From a virus (Duplodnaviria > Caudoviricetes), in IMG/VR virus record IMGVR_UViG_3300033273_000833, positions 139,068-203,067 of that record: 64,000 nucleotides of DNA; one strand, written 5' to 3'. Made by a program: the position numbers and the translations under genes. Below the pieces are notes generated by a model, which saw nothing but the letters and a program-made list of their open reading frames with translations, was not told the DNA's origin and searched no databases. Below are positions 13,678 to 23,724 of the stretch, piece after piece; position 1 is the stretch's first letter; the number at the start of each line of letters is the position of its first letter.

Positions 13678-14261
13678 TGTTTTTTTACGAACTTAGTGAT
13701 TTTCCTCAATTAACTGAGTTGGTCGAAAATTGGAAAACTATTAAAGAGGAAGCTTCGCACCTGAGCGGCTATAACTTAAACATTAATAGGGTTGATAAAG
13801 ACCATGAAGTTGTTGCTGAAGAAATATTAAAAAAAATAAAATTAAATAAAAAAAATGGATGGGTTGATGGGTGGAATAACAAAGGCGAAATAAATAAAAG
13901 TTGGATTCAATATGGCTTAATAATTAATGATCAAGAAATACCGTGCAGTAATATGCCTAAAACTATAAAACTATTAAAAAAAATAAAAGGAATAAAAGTT
14001 GCGGCGCTAAATATACTAAAAAGTGAATCAATATTAGGAACCCATACTCATCCAGAAATGATTACAGAGAAATTGGCGCAAATGCACATCTCTCTTGACG
14101 CACCAGAGCCGAAGCAATCATATCTTTGTATTAATGGAGATTTTTTTGAACATAAAACTGGCAATTATGTAATATTTAACGGGGCCTATCCTCATTTTGC
14201 TATAAACGCAGGAAAAAAGGACAGAATGATTTTATATTTAGAATTTAAAAAAAATAATTAG
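13677..14261 (+). CDS. Aspartyl/asparaginyl beta-hydroxylase-family Fe(II)/2OG oxygenase
   Basis: NWKTIKEEA, PKTIKLL, ILGTHTH, MHISL, IFNGAYPHFAIN...DRMILYLE. Confidence 0.8.
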   Translation: MFFYELSDFPQLTELVENWKTIKEEASHLSGYNLNINRVDKDHEVVAEEILKKIKLNKKNGWVDGWNNKGEINKSWIQYGLIINDQEIPCSNMPKTIKLLKKIKGIKVAALNILKSESILGTHTHPEMITEKLAQMHISLDAPEPKQSYLCINGDFFEHKTGNYVIFNGAYPHFAINAGKKDRMILYLEFKKNN

Positions 14262-15544
14262 TATCTTTTTATTAATGCGTAAAAATCATTGCCGTTGGTA
14301 ACTTGCCCGTAAAAATTGTAATCACCATTACTATCTAACTTGGCCTGAAATTTATTGTTGACGCCGATGTAAACAACATCCTTGTGCGCAACGGCATCAA
14401 GCGTTCCCGTGGTAAATCTGCTGGATGAATGATCGAAACCTGTAAATGTATCATCAGCTGGATTTATTGCTAAAATTGATTCTTTTTCCAATTGTCTGAC
14501 ATGCATCTCAAAAAAACTAGTATCCTTCTTTTCGAGCGTTCCGCCTCCCCCCATAGTCTCTAGAGTATAATTCACGCCACTGCTAGGTTGGGCGGCTTGC
14601 CCTCCGCCTCCACCTTTTGTTACTGCAAAATAAAAAGTGCGCACATTCCCGTCCGCTAGTGTCAGAGCGGGGTTTGGTTTAATATGGAGCTTGTCGTTTT
14701 CAAACTTAGCTACCCAATATTCTTCTTCTCTATAACCAACTGGTACATAATTCGAGTCTAATTTATTCCAATTACCCATCATCACCCAAGGCTGGTGGAA
14801 ACTTGCAGCCCCAGAAGCTCCAAGCACGTTGCAGTCTGAGAAATCTGTGTCGCTATTCCAACTTGCGACACTACCAGAGGCATCGGTTGGGCGGTGCATG
14901 TCTATTATATCTCCTTGAGGTAAATCAACTAAATGAAAGTTTGCCAAGTCATTATTATAAGTGTTTCTACCTGATTGAGTTTGATTTGCAAAATCAATTT
15001 CTAGAACTTCTTCATGAGTGCTTCCTCCAGGCAGAGTACAGTAAACATATCCAATAATACCGCCTTCTCCGCCACTAGTTCGAGTGTCTTGGGTTGCGGA
15101 TGCTTTTGTAAAGCGCATAAGGTTAATTTTGCCCGAGGTCGACTTGCTATGACTGGCTGTAACGACCCCAGCGTCAGTAAGGCTTAATGTTACCGTGAAA
15201 GACGAAGAGCTGTTCTGCGTTATAGTAGCCGTCACAGAAGAACCAGGTATAAGCTCGACAGTCTCCATGCTGTATTGTGGATAACCGTTCGCAGCAAATG
15301 AAACAGGTTGAGCAACTATTATTTGAGTGTCTTTGTTGAAATCAGAAAATGTAGCGGTATTTGAGCCTTTAGTTAAAACAGTAGCGCTATCGATGTAGCC
15401 ACCAGTCGAGCCGCCGCCACCTAAACCTCCTTCATTTAAAGTTTTAATGCTGATTTTGTAATTTTGCGATTCATGCTCAATAGGTATATAGCCTCCTGTG
15501 GGAGCAACACCCGTTTCTGTAAGTTCTGAGATTTTCGAGCCCAT
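14258..15544 (-). CDS. Tail fibre/spike-like protein with KISEL N-terminus
   Basis: MGSKISELT start; modules separated by Gly-rich linkers. Confidence 0.65.
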   Translation of the reverse strand: MGSKISELTETGVAPTGGYIPIEHESQNYKISIKTLNEGGLGGGGSTGGYIDSATVLTKGSNTATFSDFNKDTQIIVAQPVSFAANGYPQYSMETVELIPGSSVTATITQNSSSSFTVTLSLTDAGVVTASHSKSTSGKINLMRFTKASATQDTRTSGGEGGIIGYVYCTLPGGSTHEEVLEIDFANQTQSGRNTYNNDLANFHLVDLPQGDIIDMHRPTDASGSVASWNSDTDFSDCNVLGASGAASFHQPWVMMGNWNKLDSNYVPVGYREEEYWVAKFENDKLHIKPNPALTLADGNVRTFYFAVTKGGGGGQAAQPSSGVNYTLETMGGGGTLEKKDTSFFEMHVRQLEKESILAINPADDTFTGFDHSSSRFTTGTLDAVAHKDVVYIGVNNKFQAKLDSNGDYNFYGQVTNGNDFYALIKRY

Positions 15545-15568
15545 AATTATTATATTATAATTACACTA

Positions 15569-16642
15569 TTATTCCAAATCTATTGTGTCTCCATTAGCTA
15601 GCAATAAACAACTATCATCAACTAGCTTTATGCATGCGGAGTTCACTATAACTGTTCGAGTAACTTCATCGGCGGCAGCGCCTTCTAAATCAGTAACGTT
15701 ATATGTAACTTCATAAGTCGCAGCTACAGAAGTGTCAACTGGATTATTTGTAACAATTCTACTTGTAATATCTCCATCTGCCGTATCAAATGCTGTGGCA
15801 CCTGCATCAGTATAAATGGAATCATAATCTACATTAACTTCAGCATCACCCAATAAAGTAATAACAGGAGGATTATTAATAATATTTACAATTCTATTTC
15901 CAGATACAGTTAACCCTCCAGAGTCAGTAACTTCATAATCTACAGTATATAATCCATTAGATCCAGTATTTACATTATTTGTTGTAATTATTGCGCTAGT
16001 CAAATCCCCGTCTTCAGGATCACTCGCTGTAGCTCCCGCATCACTGTAGACTACTCCATGAAAATGGTCTACGAAAGCGCTTCCAAGAATTGTTATGGTT
16101 GGCGGCTGATTCCATTCCACATTAACCGTCACCTCTAAACTATCTCTTCCAGCATAATTATCAGCAAAAACATTAAACACTATTTCAATAGTATCTCCAG
16201 CACTATAACCTAAATCACCTAAATTAATAGTACCTTGCAATAATCCTGTATTAGAATTAAATGTAAGACCAGAAGGATAACTATTAGCAATATATAAAAA
16301 TGGATGATTAATATCACCAGTCATATTATCAGCTACAATTTGATAAGAAAAATTAAATTCTCTACTATTAGTTTCAATATTAATAATTGAATCAGATGTT
16401 ATAACAGGAAGTTCTGATTTAACTATTCCCCTAAATTCAGAAAACCGATAGGTTTTAGTGGTGCTCCCTTCAGGTGCTAGTAGCCCTACAGGAATAGCCT
16501 GACCATAATCATCAATCAAAACCTCATTCGGCATCTTATATGGCGCGCTCCATCCAGCAATACTGGATGTACTAACTTTTTTAGAATTATTGTCTAAAAA
16601 ACCACTAATTTCAGAAAACTTTATTTCCCCTTCTTCGAACAT
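15569..16642 (-). CDS. Ig-like virion adhesin (He_PIG-like domain plus two DUF5011-type Ig domains)
   Basis: YPSGLTFNSNTGLLQGT; twice PPxITxLG...YxDAGATAxDxxDGDxT...YxVxYxVTD. Confidence 0.8.
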   Translation of the reverse strand: MFEEGEIKFSEISGFLDNNSKKVSTSSIAGWSAPYKMPNEVLIDDYGQAIPVGLLAPEGSTTKTYRFSEFRGIVKSELPVITSDSIINIETNSREFNFSYQIVADNMTGDINHPFLYIANSYPSGLTFNSNTGLLQGTINLGDLGYSAGDTIEIVFNVFADNYAGRDSLEVTVNVEWNQPPTITILGSAFVDHFHGVVYSDAGATASDPEDGDLTSAIITTNNVNTGSNGLYTVDYEVTDSGGLTVSGNRIVNIINNPPVITLLGDAEVNVDYDSIYTDAGATAFDTADGDITSRIVTNNPVDTSVAATYEVTYNVTDLEGAAADEVTRTVIVNSACIKLVDDSCLLLANGDTIDLE

Positions 16643-16809
16643 GGGAATTTTTTGTTTATTATTTTTATTAATGGTTCGGTATTGCCAGATTTTATGTAGT
16701 CTGCGGGATATCCTCCTTTTAAATCTTTATTAGGCTCTCCAAGCCATATTGCTGCATCGCGAGGACCAAGGTGATCACATAATCGTTGGAAAATTTGAAA
16801 TTTATTCAT
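16621..16809 (-). CDS. Stand-alone MbcA/ParS/Xre antitoxin C-terminal (DUF2384)-like protein
   Basis: AAIWLGEPNKDLKGGYPADYIKSG matches AxxWLxxPNxxLxGxxPxDxI. Confidence 0.65.
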   Translation of the reverse strand: MNKFQIFQRLCDHLGPRDAAIWLGEPNKDLKGGYPADYIKSGNTEPLIKIINKKFPCSKKGK

Positions 16810-16848
16810 TATAATTGATTACACTAGTGTAAATTTTATTTTAATAAT

Positions 16849-17577
16849 ATGCCACGTAAAAAAACTACGAAAAAAGAAGAGGCGTTCAAAATCCCTCAAT
16901 TAGCTAGCCCAGGTTTTAAAGTTGAAAATAAAAAATTAACTGAAAGACAAAAAGAGTTCCTATCCCTTTCTTTAGATCAAGATACGCGCATAATGTTTGT
17001 ATGCGGGCCAGCAGGAAGTTCAAAAACTTATATGGCTGTTTATTCCGCATTAAGGCATTTAAGCAATAATGATGATTATGATTTAATGTATATTAGAACT
17101 GTAATTGAAAGTGCTGATAAGGGGCTTGGCGCTTTACCAGGCGATATTGCGGATAAATTTAATCCATATATAGCTCCTTTAAAAGATAAATTAGATGAAA
17201 TGCTACCAGCTAAAAATACTGCACCCTCAGTCATGAAAGAATTAATGGATCAAAGAGTAGATGCGCTACCCATTAACTTCCTTAGGGGCGCTAACTGGAT
17301 TAATAAAATAGTTGTAGCAGACGAGGCTCAAAACTTTACTTTCAAGGAATTAACAACTCTCGTAACGCGATTAGGTGAAAATAGCAAACTATTCATTTGT
17401 GGAGATTTTATGCAGAGTGATATTAATGGAAAAAGCGGCTTCGGGCCAATGTACGATATCTTTGATGACGAAGATAGTAAATTGAAAGGCATTCATTGCT
17501 TTCGATTTACAAAAGATGACATCATGCGAGATGAATTACTTAAATTTATTATTGGAAAACTTGAAAATAGAAAATAA
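16849..17577 (+). CDS. phoH: PhoH-family ATPase
   Basis: GPAGSSKT Walker A, GALPGDIADKFNPY, FLRG, VADEAQN, GDFMQSDI. Confidence 0.95.
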   Translation: MPRKKTTKKEEAFKIPQLASPGFKVENKKLTERQKEFLSLSLDQDTRIMFVCGPAGSSKTYMAVYSALRHLSNNDDYDLMYIRTVIESADKGLGALPGDIADKFNPYIAPLKDKLDEMLPAKNTAPSVMKELMDQRVDALPINFLRGANWINKIVVADEAQNFTFKELTTLVTRLGENSKLFICGDFMQSDINGKSGFGPMYDIFDDEDSKLKGIHCFRFTKDDIMRDELLKFIIGKLENRK

Positions 17578-17595
17578 AGGTGTATATCTTTATAT

Positions 17596-18162
17596 ATGGA
17601 GCTAGTCGCAGCAATAATAGGAGCAATATCTACGCTATTTGGGGTATATTTAACCCATAAGCTAAGGGTATCTAAGGATCCTTTACCTAAAGATATAGAT
17701 AGAAATGATAACATTTATACTGCTTTATCGTATCTTATTGAAGAAACTGAAGCTGATAGATGCTATGTATATGAATTTCATAATGGGGATTATTATTACA
17801 GTGGAAATTCTCAACAAAAATTCAGCAATACATATGAAATAGTCGAAGAAGGTATTAGTTCTGAGTCAGAAAGAGAGCAAAATTTAAGAGTATCAAGTTA
17901 TAACTTTTTTATTAAACAATTAATTAATGAAGGTGGAGTTTGTTACGCAAATACAGAAAAAATACCCGACCCTTTGTTTAAGGAAAGAATGCATAATAAA
18001 GGTATAGTTAGCATTTCTTGCGTACCAATTAAGTTGTTGAATGGGAAAATAATAGGTATTTTGGGGGTAGATTACGTAAAGCATAAAAATAAATGCGATG
18101 AAACTATGTTTCAATTACTGAGAAATCAAGCTAGAATTATTAGCGGTTACTTAGGCGAATAG
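17596..18162 (+). CDS. Putative holin (single N-terminal TM plus GAF-like domain, T4 gpT-like architecture)
   Basis: Hydrophobic N-terminus; ADRCYVYEFHNG...QQKFSNTYE...IIGILGVDY. Confidence 0.6.
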   Translation: MELVAAIIGAISTLFGVYLTHKLRVSKDPLPKDIDRNDNIYTALSYLIEETEADRCYVYEFHNGDYYYSGNSQQKFSNTYEIVEEGISSESEREQNLRVSSYNFFIKQLINEGGVCYANTEKIPDPLFKERMHNKGIVSISCVPIKLLNGKIIGILGVDYVKHKNKCDETMFQLLRNQARIISGYLGE

Positions 18163-18195
18163 TTGAATTTTAATTAAATAATTATATAATTAACT

Positions 18196-18546
18196 ATGAA
18201 TATAGTTTATTGTACTAGTTGTGGCCACAAAATCGAATATACATCTCCTTCGCCAAAATTTTGTCCTTCATGTGGTAGTAGTATGGGTAACTCAAGCGCG
18301 TCTGTAGCTAGCAGCGCCTCAGTCGAAAATACTATTGTTGAAGAAAAGATACCATCTATATCTAAATTAGAATATGAGATAGATGCAAGCAATGGAAATC
18401 GAGTAATCTCAGGAAGCGATATACAAAATATATCAGAATCTCCTAAAAGAAAAATTTCCAATAGCCAAGGAGGCAATGAAGATCTTATCAAAGAAGGTAT
18501 GCAGTTATGTAGGCAAAGTAAAAAGCAGACCGATATTGATGGGTAG
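18196..18546 (+). CDS. Zinc-ribbon protein
   Basis: CTSCG...KFCPSCG. Confidence 0.75.
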   Translation: MNIVYCTSCGHKIEYTSPSPKFCPSCGSSMGNSSASVASSASVENTIVEEKIPSISKLEYEIDASNGNRVISGSDIQNISESPKRKISNSQGGNEDLIKEGMQLCRQSKKQTDIDG

Positions 18547-19255
18547 AAAAAAGAAACTTAAATACGAAGATTGCGTAGATGTAATTGATAACGAACTACG
18601 TAAAAGGAAGCACAAGTGGAGACTGCATGCGCTTGCATGGATGGATTATGACGATGTTCAGCAAATTATAAGAGCTCATATTTATAAAAAATGGGATCAA
18701 TGGGACCAAAAGAGGGGACTGGCTCCTTGGATAAATAAAATTATATCCAATCAAATTAAAAATATATTCAGGAATTACTATACTAATTTTGCAAGACCAT
18801 GCCTGAACTGTCCTTTTGCGCAGTCATCTGCCAGTGAACATGAAGAGGGTCATACAGGATTATGCGGATTTACCCCAAGCGGCGTACAATGTTCAGAGTG
18901 CCCGCTATACTCAAAGTGGGAAAAAACTAAAAAAAGCGCTCATGACATAAAAATGCCCTTAGCTCTAGAGCATCATCCCCAAGAAGTTTATAATATATCA
19001 GAGCAGTTAACAGATATTTCCGACGCTGAAAAAAAGTTGCATACTCTTATGCGCACTAAATTGTCTGAAAAGCATTATATTATTTATGATATGATTTACA
19101 TTCAACATATGCCAGAGGATAAAGTTGCCGAAAAAATGGGATATAAGAGTAACGAAAAAGGAAGAAAAGCTGGGTACAAACAATTAAAAAATTTAAAAAA
19201 GATTTTTGTGGAAAAAGCGAAAGAAATTATTGACAAGAAAGATATTATAATATGA
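18539..19255 (+). CDS. Phage-encoded sigma70-family sigma factor with Cys-rich insert (probable late sigma)
   Basis: Region-2-like YDDVQQIIRAHIYKKWDQWDQKRGLAPWINKIISNQIKN and region-4-like LSEKHYIIYDMIYIQHMPEDKVAEKMGY. The track starts at 18476; the internal ATG near 18539 (MGRKKK) is more likely. Confidence 0.75.
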   Translation: MGRKKKLKYEDCVDVIDNELRKRKHKWRLHALAWMDYDDVQQIIRAHIYKKWDQWDQKRGLAPWINKIISNQIKNIFRNYYTNFARPCLNCPFAQSSASEHEEGHTGLCGFTPSGVQCSECPLYSKWEKTKKSAHDIKMPLALEHHPQEVYNISEQLTDISDAEKKLHTLMRTKLSEKHYIIYDMIYIQHMPEDKVAEKMGYKSNEKGRKAGYKQLKNLKKIFVEKAKEIIDKKDIII

Positions 19256-20313
19256 GTAAAATAACATTAACAGATGCGCAAAAAGAATATTTAAGGGAAA
19301 ATCATAAAAAAATTCCTGATCTAATTAAATTGACTCAAAATACATTTTTAGATGAAAGCTTAGATGGGCGATCTAAAGAAGGTCGAGCTGTCAAAGATTT
19401 TCTCGTTGAGGAAAATCTAGACTACAATACGACAAAAAAAGAAAAAAAGGGACCAGTTGAACTTACTGATGAACAAAAAGACGAAATCTTAGACTTGGCT
19501 GAAGATGGCTTAAACTCTTTTCAAATTGCTCAAATAATATTCCCTGAGGATGAAGTAAAAAAATTATCAACAGAACAACGCACCGTTATGGCTTATATTA
19601 AAGATGTAGCGCCAGATCTTTTGCAAAAAGATGAAAAACCAAGAGTCAGGGAAAAATATCAACCACCATCCGAATTGAATCACGTATTAGCATTAATATC
19701 CGCTCACACTGGAGACGACATTAATCCTGAGGAATTAGGATTGGTTGAGAAAAAGTCGGCAGAAAAAATGCTATTATTCTTATCTGCTCCTAGGTTTCTA
19801 AATACAATAAATAATTATAGAGATAAAGATGATAGAGATTTGTTTGAAGCTGAGTTTGTTAGGGCTACTTGGGGCAAACCAGATTTAACTACCGATGAAA
19901 TTAATTTATACATTAATGTTTGTATTGATTATATTAACCTTAGGAACATAAGTAGAAATATCGAAAAGCTAAATAGAATGTTTAATGAGGCTGACTCTCA
20001 ACAAGAAATGACCGTAAGGCTCGCAGAACTCCTCAAGACAAAAAGTGAGGAGTATGATAAATGCGAAAAAAGAATGGAGTCTTTGATTAAAAAATTGAAT
20101 GGTGATCGAGCAAGAAGATTAGAAAACCGTCAATCTCAAAACGCATCTATACTTTCATTAGTTGAAACATTCCAGAATGAAAAAGAAAGAGCTGTTATGG
20201 TTCGAATGGCAGAAATGCAAAAGAAATTAGTTAAAGAAGAGGCTGATCGCATGGAGTCCATGGATTCGTGGAAAGCTAGAATACTAGGACTATCTAAAGA
20301 CGATGCAATATAA
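19252..20313 (+). CDS. HTH-repeat plus coiled-coil protein (possible terminase small subunit)
   Basis: Two related N-terminal repeats (LTDAQKEYL / LTDEQKDEI), long C-terminal coiled coil, near TerL. Confidence 0.4.
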   Translation: MSKITLTDAQKEYLRENHKKIPDLIKLTQNTFLDESLDGRSKEGRAVKDFLVEENLDYNTTKKEKKGPVELTDEQKDEILDLAEDGLNSFQIAQIIFPEDEVKKLSTEQRTVMAYIKDVAPDLLQKDEKPRVREKYQPPSELNHVLALISAHTGDDINPEELGLVEKKSAEKMLLFLSAPRFLNTINNYRDKDDRDLFEAEFVRATWGKPDLTTDEINLYINVCIDYINLRNISRNIEKLNRMFNEADSQQEMTVRLAELLKTKSEEYDKCEKRMESLIKKLNGDRARRLENRQSQNASILSLVETFQNEKERAVMVRMAEMQKKLVKEEADRMESMDSWKARILGLSKDDAI

Positions 20314-20878
20314 ATACGTACAGCCTCAAAGAATTACTACTGTATACGATCAGTTGTTTACAGCCAATTCAGTCCTTTCTAAGGAGGGTTGTAGTTACTT
20401 AATTGACTCTTATTCAAATAAATGCAAGCAAGCGACTGTAGTAGGTTCTAATGAAGGTAGCCGTAATAATTTACATACTATCGCAGAAGCATCTCACCCT
20501 GTCATCAAAGAGATTAAAAAATATTGCAGTCAGATAACTAAAACTAATATTAATTTTCAAGAAGAAGTTCAATTTGTAAAATATGACCCCTCTATGTATT
20601 ATGGCGAACACTATGATTTCTTTGAGAATACCAGATCTGTCATAGGTAACAGTTTTGGGAAACAAAGATTGTTTAGCATTTTATTCTATTTAAACGATGG
20701 CAAAGAAGGTGGGGAGACACGGTTTCCAAACTTTAAAATATCTTTCACCCCTAAAGCTGGTAGAATGTTAATGTGGAAAAATTTAAAAAATAATCAATTA
20801 AATTATGATATGCTTCATGAGTCTAAGCCAACAAAAGACTGGACGAAATACGCTCTAATATTATGGATCAGGACTTAG
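20303..20878 (+). CDS. Prolyl-4-hydroxylase-like 2OG-Fe(II) oxygenase
   Basis: QFVKY...YGEHYDFF, RLFSILFYLND...GGETRFP, FTPKAGRMLMW, MLHES. Confidence 0.9.
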   Translation: MQYKYVQPQRITTVYDQLFTANSVLSKEGCSYLIDSYSNKCKQATVVGSNEGSRNNLHTIAEASHPVIKEIKKYCSQITKTNINFQEEVQFVKYDPSMYYGEHYDFFENTRSVIGNSFGKQRLFSILFYLNDGKEGGETRFPNFKISFTPKAGRMLMWKNLKNNQLNYDMLHESKPTKDWTKYALILWIRT

Positions 20879-21792
20879 ATTATACATGCAAAGTTTGTAA
20901 TAAATCTTTTAAATCTGAAAGAGCATTGCATATACATATAAAATCTCATAATATTTTATTGAGTGAATATTATACCACTTACTATCCTATGAAAAATTGG
21001 TACAATGGCGAGCCATTACCTTTCAAGAATAAAAAAGATTATTTTCGTAAAAAATTTTCGAATCGATGGCAAATGATACAATGGTTAATTCAGAATAAAC
21101 ATAATTTTATCGCCAAAGATTATGCTATTAACGAATTAAAATATAGAATACAAGAAAAAAAGCTCGAGAGAGGCCCTAATCATATCGAATTAGAAATATA
21201 TGACTTGCCACCCATCGACAGCTATAAAATGCTTTTTGGGTCATATACGGATGCCTGTAGACTATCTGATGTAGAGCCGATATTTAATAAAAGAATATGT
21301 AAAGAATTTTACTCTAACAAATATAGCGATATACCAATTTTTATAGACACAAGAGAACAACAGCCCCTTGAGTTTTCAAATTCAAAGACAATGAAACTGG
21401 ATTTCGGCGATTATACATCTTCGGGCGATTATTATTCGTATACTTATGTTGACAGAAAAGGAGAGCAAGATTTTAAGTCTACAATGTCTACAGGATTTAG
21501 CAGATTCAAGAAAGAATTAGATCGATGTAAAAATATGGGATGCTATTTATATGTCGTTACTGAGAGTGATATAGAAAAAATTAAAAAAAGAAATAACTTT
21601 GCGAAACATAGATCAAATTTAGATTATATATGGCACAACATGAGACTTTTATCTCATGAATATGCAGGATGCTGTCAATTCATCTTTACTGGTGATCGTG
21701 AGAAATCCATAGAAGTTATCCCAAAGCTTTTAGTTTTAGGCGATAAATTATGGAACACTGACATACAATACTACTTAGATAAACAAAAATGA
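20863..21792 (+). CDS. C2H2 zinc finger plus ERCC4/XPF-type nuclease
   Basis: CKVCNKSFKSERALHIHIKSH; IFIDTREQQP...LDFGDYT...VDRKGEQDF. Confidence 0.8.
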   Translation: MDQDLDYTCKVCNKSFKSERALHIHIKSHNILLSEYYTTYYPMKNWYNGEPLPFKNKKDYFRKKFSNRWQMIQWLIQNKHNFIAKDYAINELKYRIQEKKLERGPNHIELEIYDLPPIDSYKMLFGSYTDACRLSDVEPIFNKRICKEFYSNKYSDIPIFIDTREQQPLEFSNSKTMKLDFGDYTSSGDYYSYTYVDRKGEQDFKSTMSTGFSRFKKELDRCKNMGCYLYVVTESDIEKIKKRNNFAKHRSNLDYIWHNMRLLSHEYAGCCQFIFTGDREKSIEVIPKLLVLGDKLWNTDIQYYLDKQK

Positions 21793-23657
21793 GCTGGGAA
21801 ACAGGAAATCAACCACATAATCCATCCAAAGAGGATATTAATAAACTACTTTTAGATAAAGGTTTTATTGAAGAAAAAGAAGCGAAGATATTATTATATC
21901 AATTTTTACGCGAAAACATTACATTCACAACTAATTTATTATCGGGGGTTGATTTATTCCCATTTCAACATATGGCAATCAAAGGTATGTTCGAAACTGA
22001 TTATTTCCTGGGTATTTGGAGTCGAGGTATGTCCAAATCTTTTACCACGGGAATTTATGCTTTTCTGGACGCCATACTTAATCAGGGCGTAGAAATAGGA
22101 ATTCTTGCAGCTTCATTTAGACAGTCCAAACAAATATTTAAAAAAATTGAAGATATCGCTAACAAGCCTCAGGCAAAAATGCTCGCAGGATGTATAACCA
22201 AAAAAAGTAAAAGTAACGATGAATGGTTGATGGAGATAGGGAGAAGTAGGATTAGGGCTCTACCTTTAGGTGATGGTTCTAAGCTTCGTGGTTTCAGGTT
22301 TCATAGAATTATTATTGACGAAATGTTATTGATGCCCGAAAGAGTATATAATGAGGTTATTGTACCGTTCCTCTCTGTCGTAGAAAATCCCACTCAGAGG
22401 GAAGAGCTCTATAATCTCGAAACAAACCTGATAGAAAAAGGGCAAATGACTGAAGAAGAGCGGTATAGATGGCCTAATAATAAATTAATAATGCTGTCAT
22501 CTGCTAGTTATAAATTCGAATATTTATATAAATTATATTCTAATTTCGAAGATTTGATATTAAATCATGTTGATCATAAAGATGGTTCTAACGCTAGAAG
22601 ATCTATTATGCATTTTAGTTATGATTGTGCTCCTAAGCAATTGTATGATGTGAATTTGATTAATCAATCTAAGGCTACAATGAGTCAATCTCAGTTCGAT
22701 AGAGAGTTTAATGCTATATTTACAGATGATAGCAGTGGATATTTCAAGACTTCTAGAATGGCGGAATGTACAATAAAGGATGGAGAAGGGCAGTGCGTGG
22801 AAATAGCGGGCGAGCCTGACGCTAAATATATTTTAGCTATAGACCCCAGCTGGGCAGAGAGCGAAAGTTCTGATGACTTTGCAATGCATGTACTTAAATT
22901 AAATGATGAAAAGCGAAATGCTACTGTAGTTCATAGCTATGCAATGTCTGGGACTCGACTGCAGGATCATATGTTTTATTTTAAATACCTTATAGAAAAA
23001 TTTAATATTGTTAGTATTGTAGCTGACTATATGGGAGGTGTGCAATTTATTAACGCCGTTAATGAAAGCTCTATGTTTAAAAAGGATAATATTAATTTTA
23101 AACAGATAGATGTTAACTTTGATGACTTGAATGACTATCAAAATGTACTAAAGGGCGTTAAACAACAATACAATCAGCAAGATAGAAGAATTTGCTTTCT
23201 GAGAAAACCTAGTTCTGATTGGATTCGTAGAGCTAATGAATCATTGCAGGCTAACTTCGATCATAAAAGAATATGGTTTGCCTCTAGAGCAATTGATGAA
23301 GATTATGCCATGCAGAGAAGAAAAAAGATTCCTATAACTAAGTTAAAGTTCTTAAAAAATGAAGAAAAAAATCAATCCCCTCAATCGAAAATGATTGATT
23401 TGATTGAGCATCAATATGATTTAATGAATTTAACTAAATCTGAGTGTGCTCTTATCCAGATTAAAACATCCCCTCAGGGAACTCAAACATTTGATTTGCC
23501 CGATAACTTAAAAAGACAGACTGGTCCAGAGAAGACTAGAAAAGACTCCTATTCTGCACTTGTGCTGGGAAATTGGATGGTTTCTCTGTACTACGAATTC
23601 ATGCATGTCGATTTAGCTCCAAAATATTTAGACTTTACGCCAATGTTTATAAAATAA
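21789..23657 (+). CDS. terL: Terminase large subunit
   Basis: Walker A WSRGMSKS, LRGFRFHRIIIDE Walker B, LSSA motif, RNase-H-like nuclease LAIDPS...DDF...KDSYSAL. Confidence 0.92.
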   Translation: MSWETGNQPHNPSKEDINKLLLDKGFIEEKEAKILLYQFLRENITFTTNLLSGVDLFPFQHMAIKGMFETDYFLGIWSRGMSKSFTTGIYAFLDAILNQGVEIGILAASFRQSKQIFKKIEDIANKPQAKMLAGCITKKSKSNDEWLMEIGRSRIRALPLGDGSKLRGFRFHRIIIDEMLLMPERVYNEVIVPFLSVVENPTQREELYNLETNLIEKGQMTEEERYRWPNNKLIMLSSASYKFEYLYKLYSNFEDLILNHVDHKDGSNARRSIMHFSYDCAPKQLYDVNLINQSKATMSQSQFDREFNAIFTDDSSGYFKTSRMAECTIKDGEGQCVEIAGEPDAKYILAIDPSWAESESSDDFAMHVLKLNDEKRNATVVHSYAMSGTRLQDHMFYFKYLIEKFNIVSIVADYMGGVQFINAVNESSMFKKDNINFKQIDVNFDDLNDYQNVLKGVKQQYNQQDRRICFLRKPSSDWIRRANESLQANFDHKRIWFASRAIDEDYAMQRRKKIPITKLKFLKNEEKNQSPQSKMIDLIEHQYDLMNLTKSECALIQIKTSPQGTQTFDLPDNLKRQTGPEKTRKDSYSALVLGNWMVSLYYEFMHVDLAPKYLDFTPMFIK

Positions 23658-23724
23658 AAGTTAAAAGTAACTTTAAAAGTAACTTTTTTTACTTATTATA
23701 ATATATAGGTGTAATTCTCGACAA

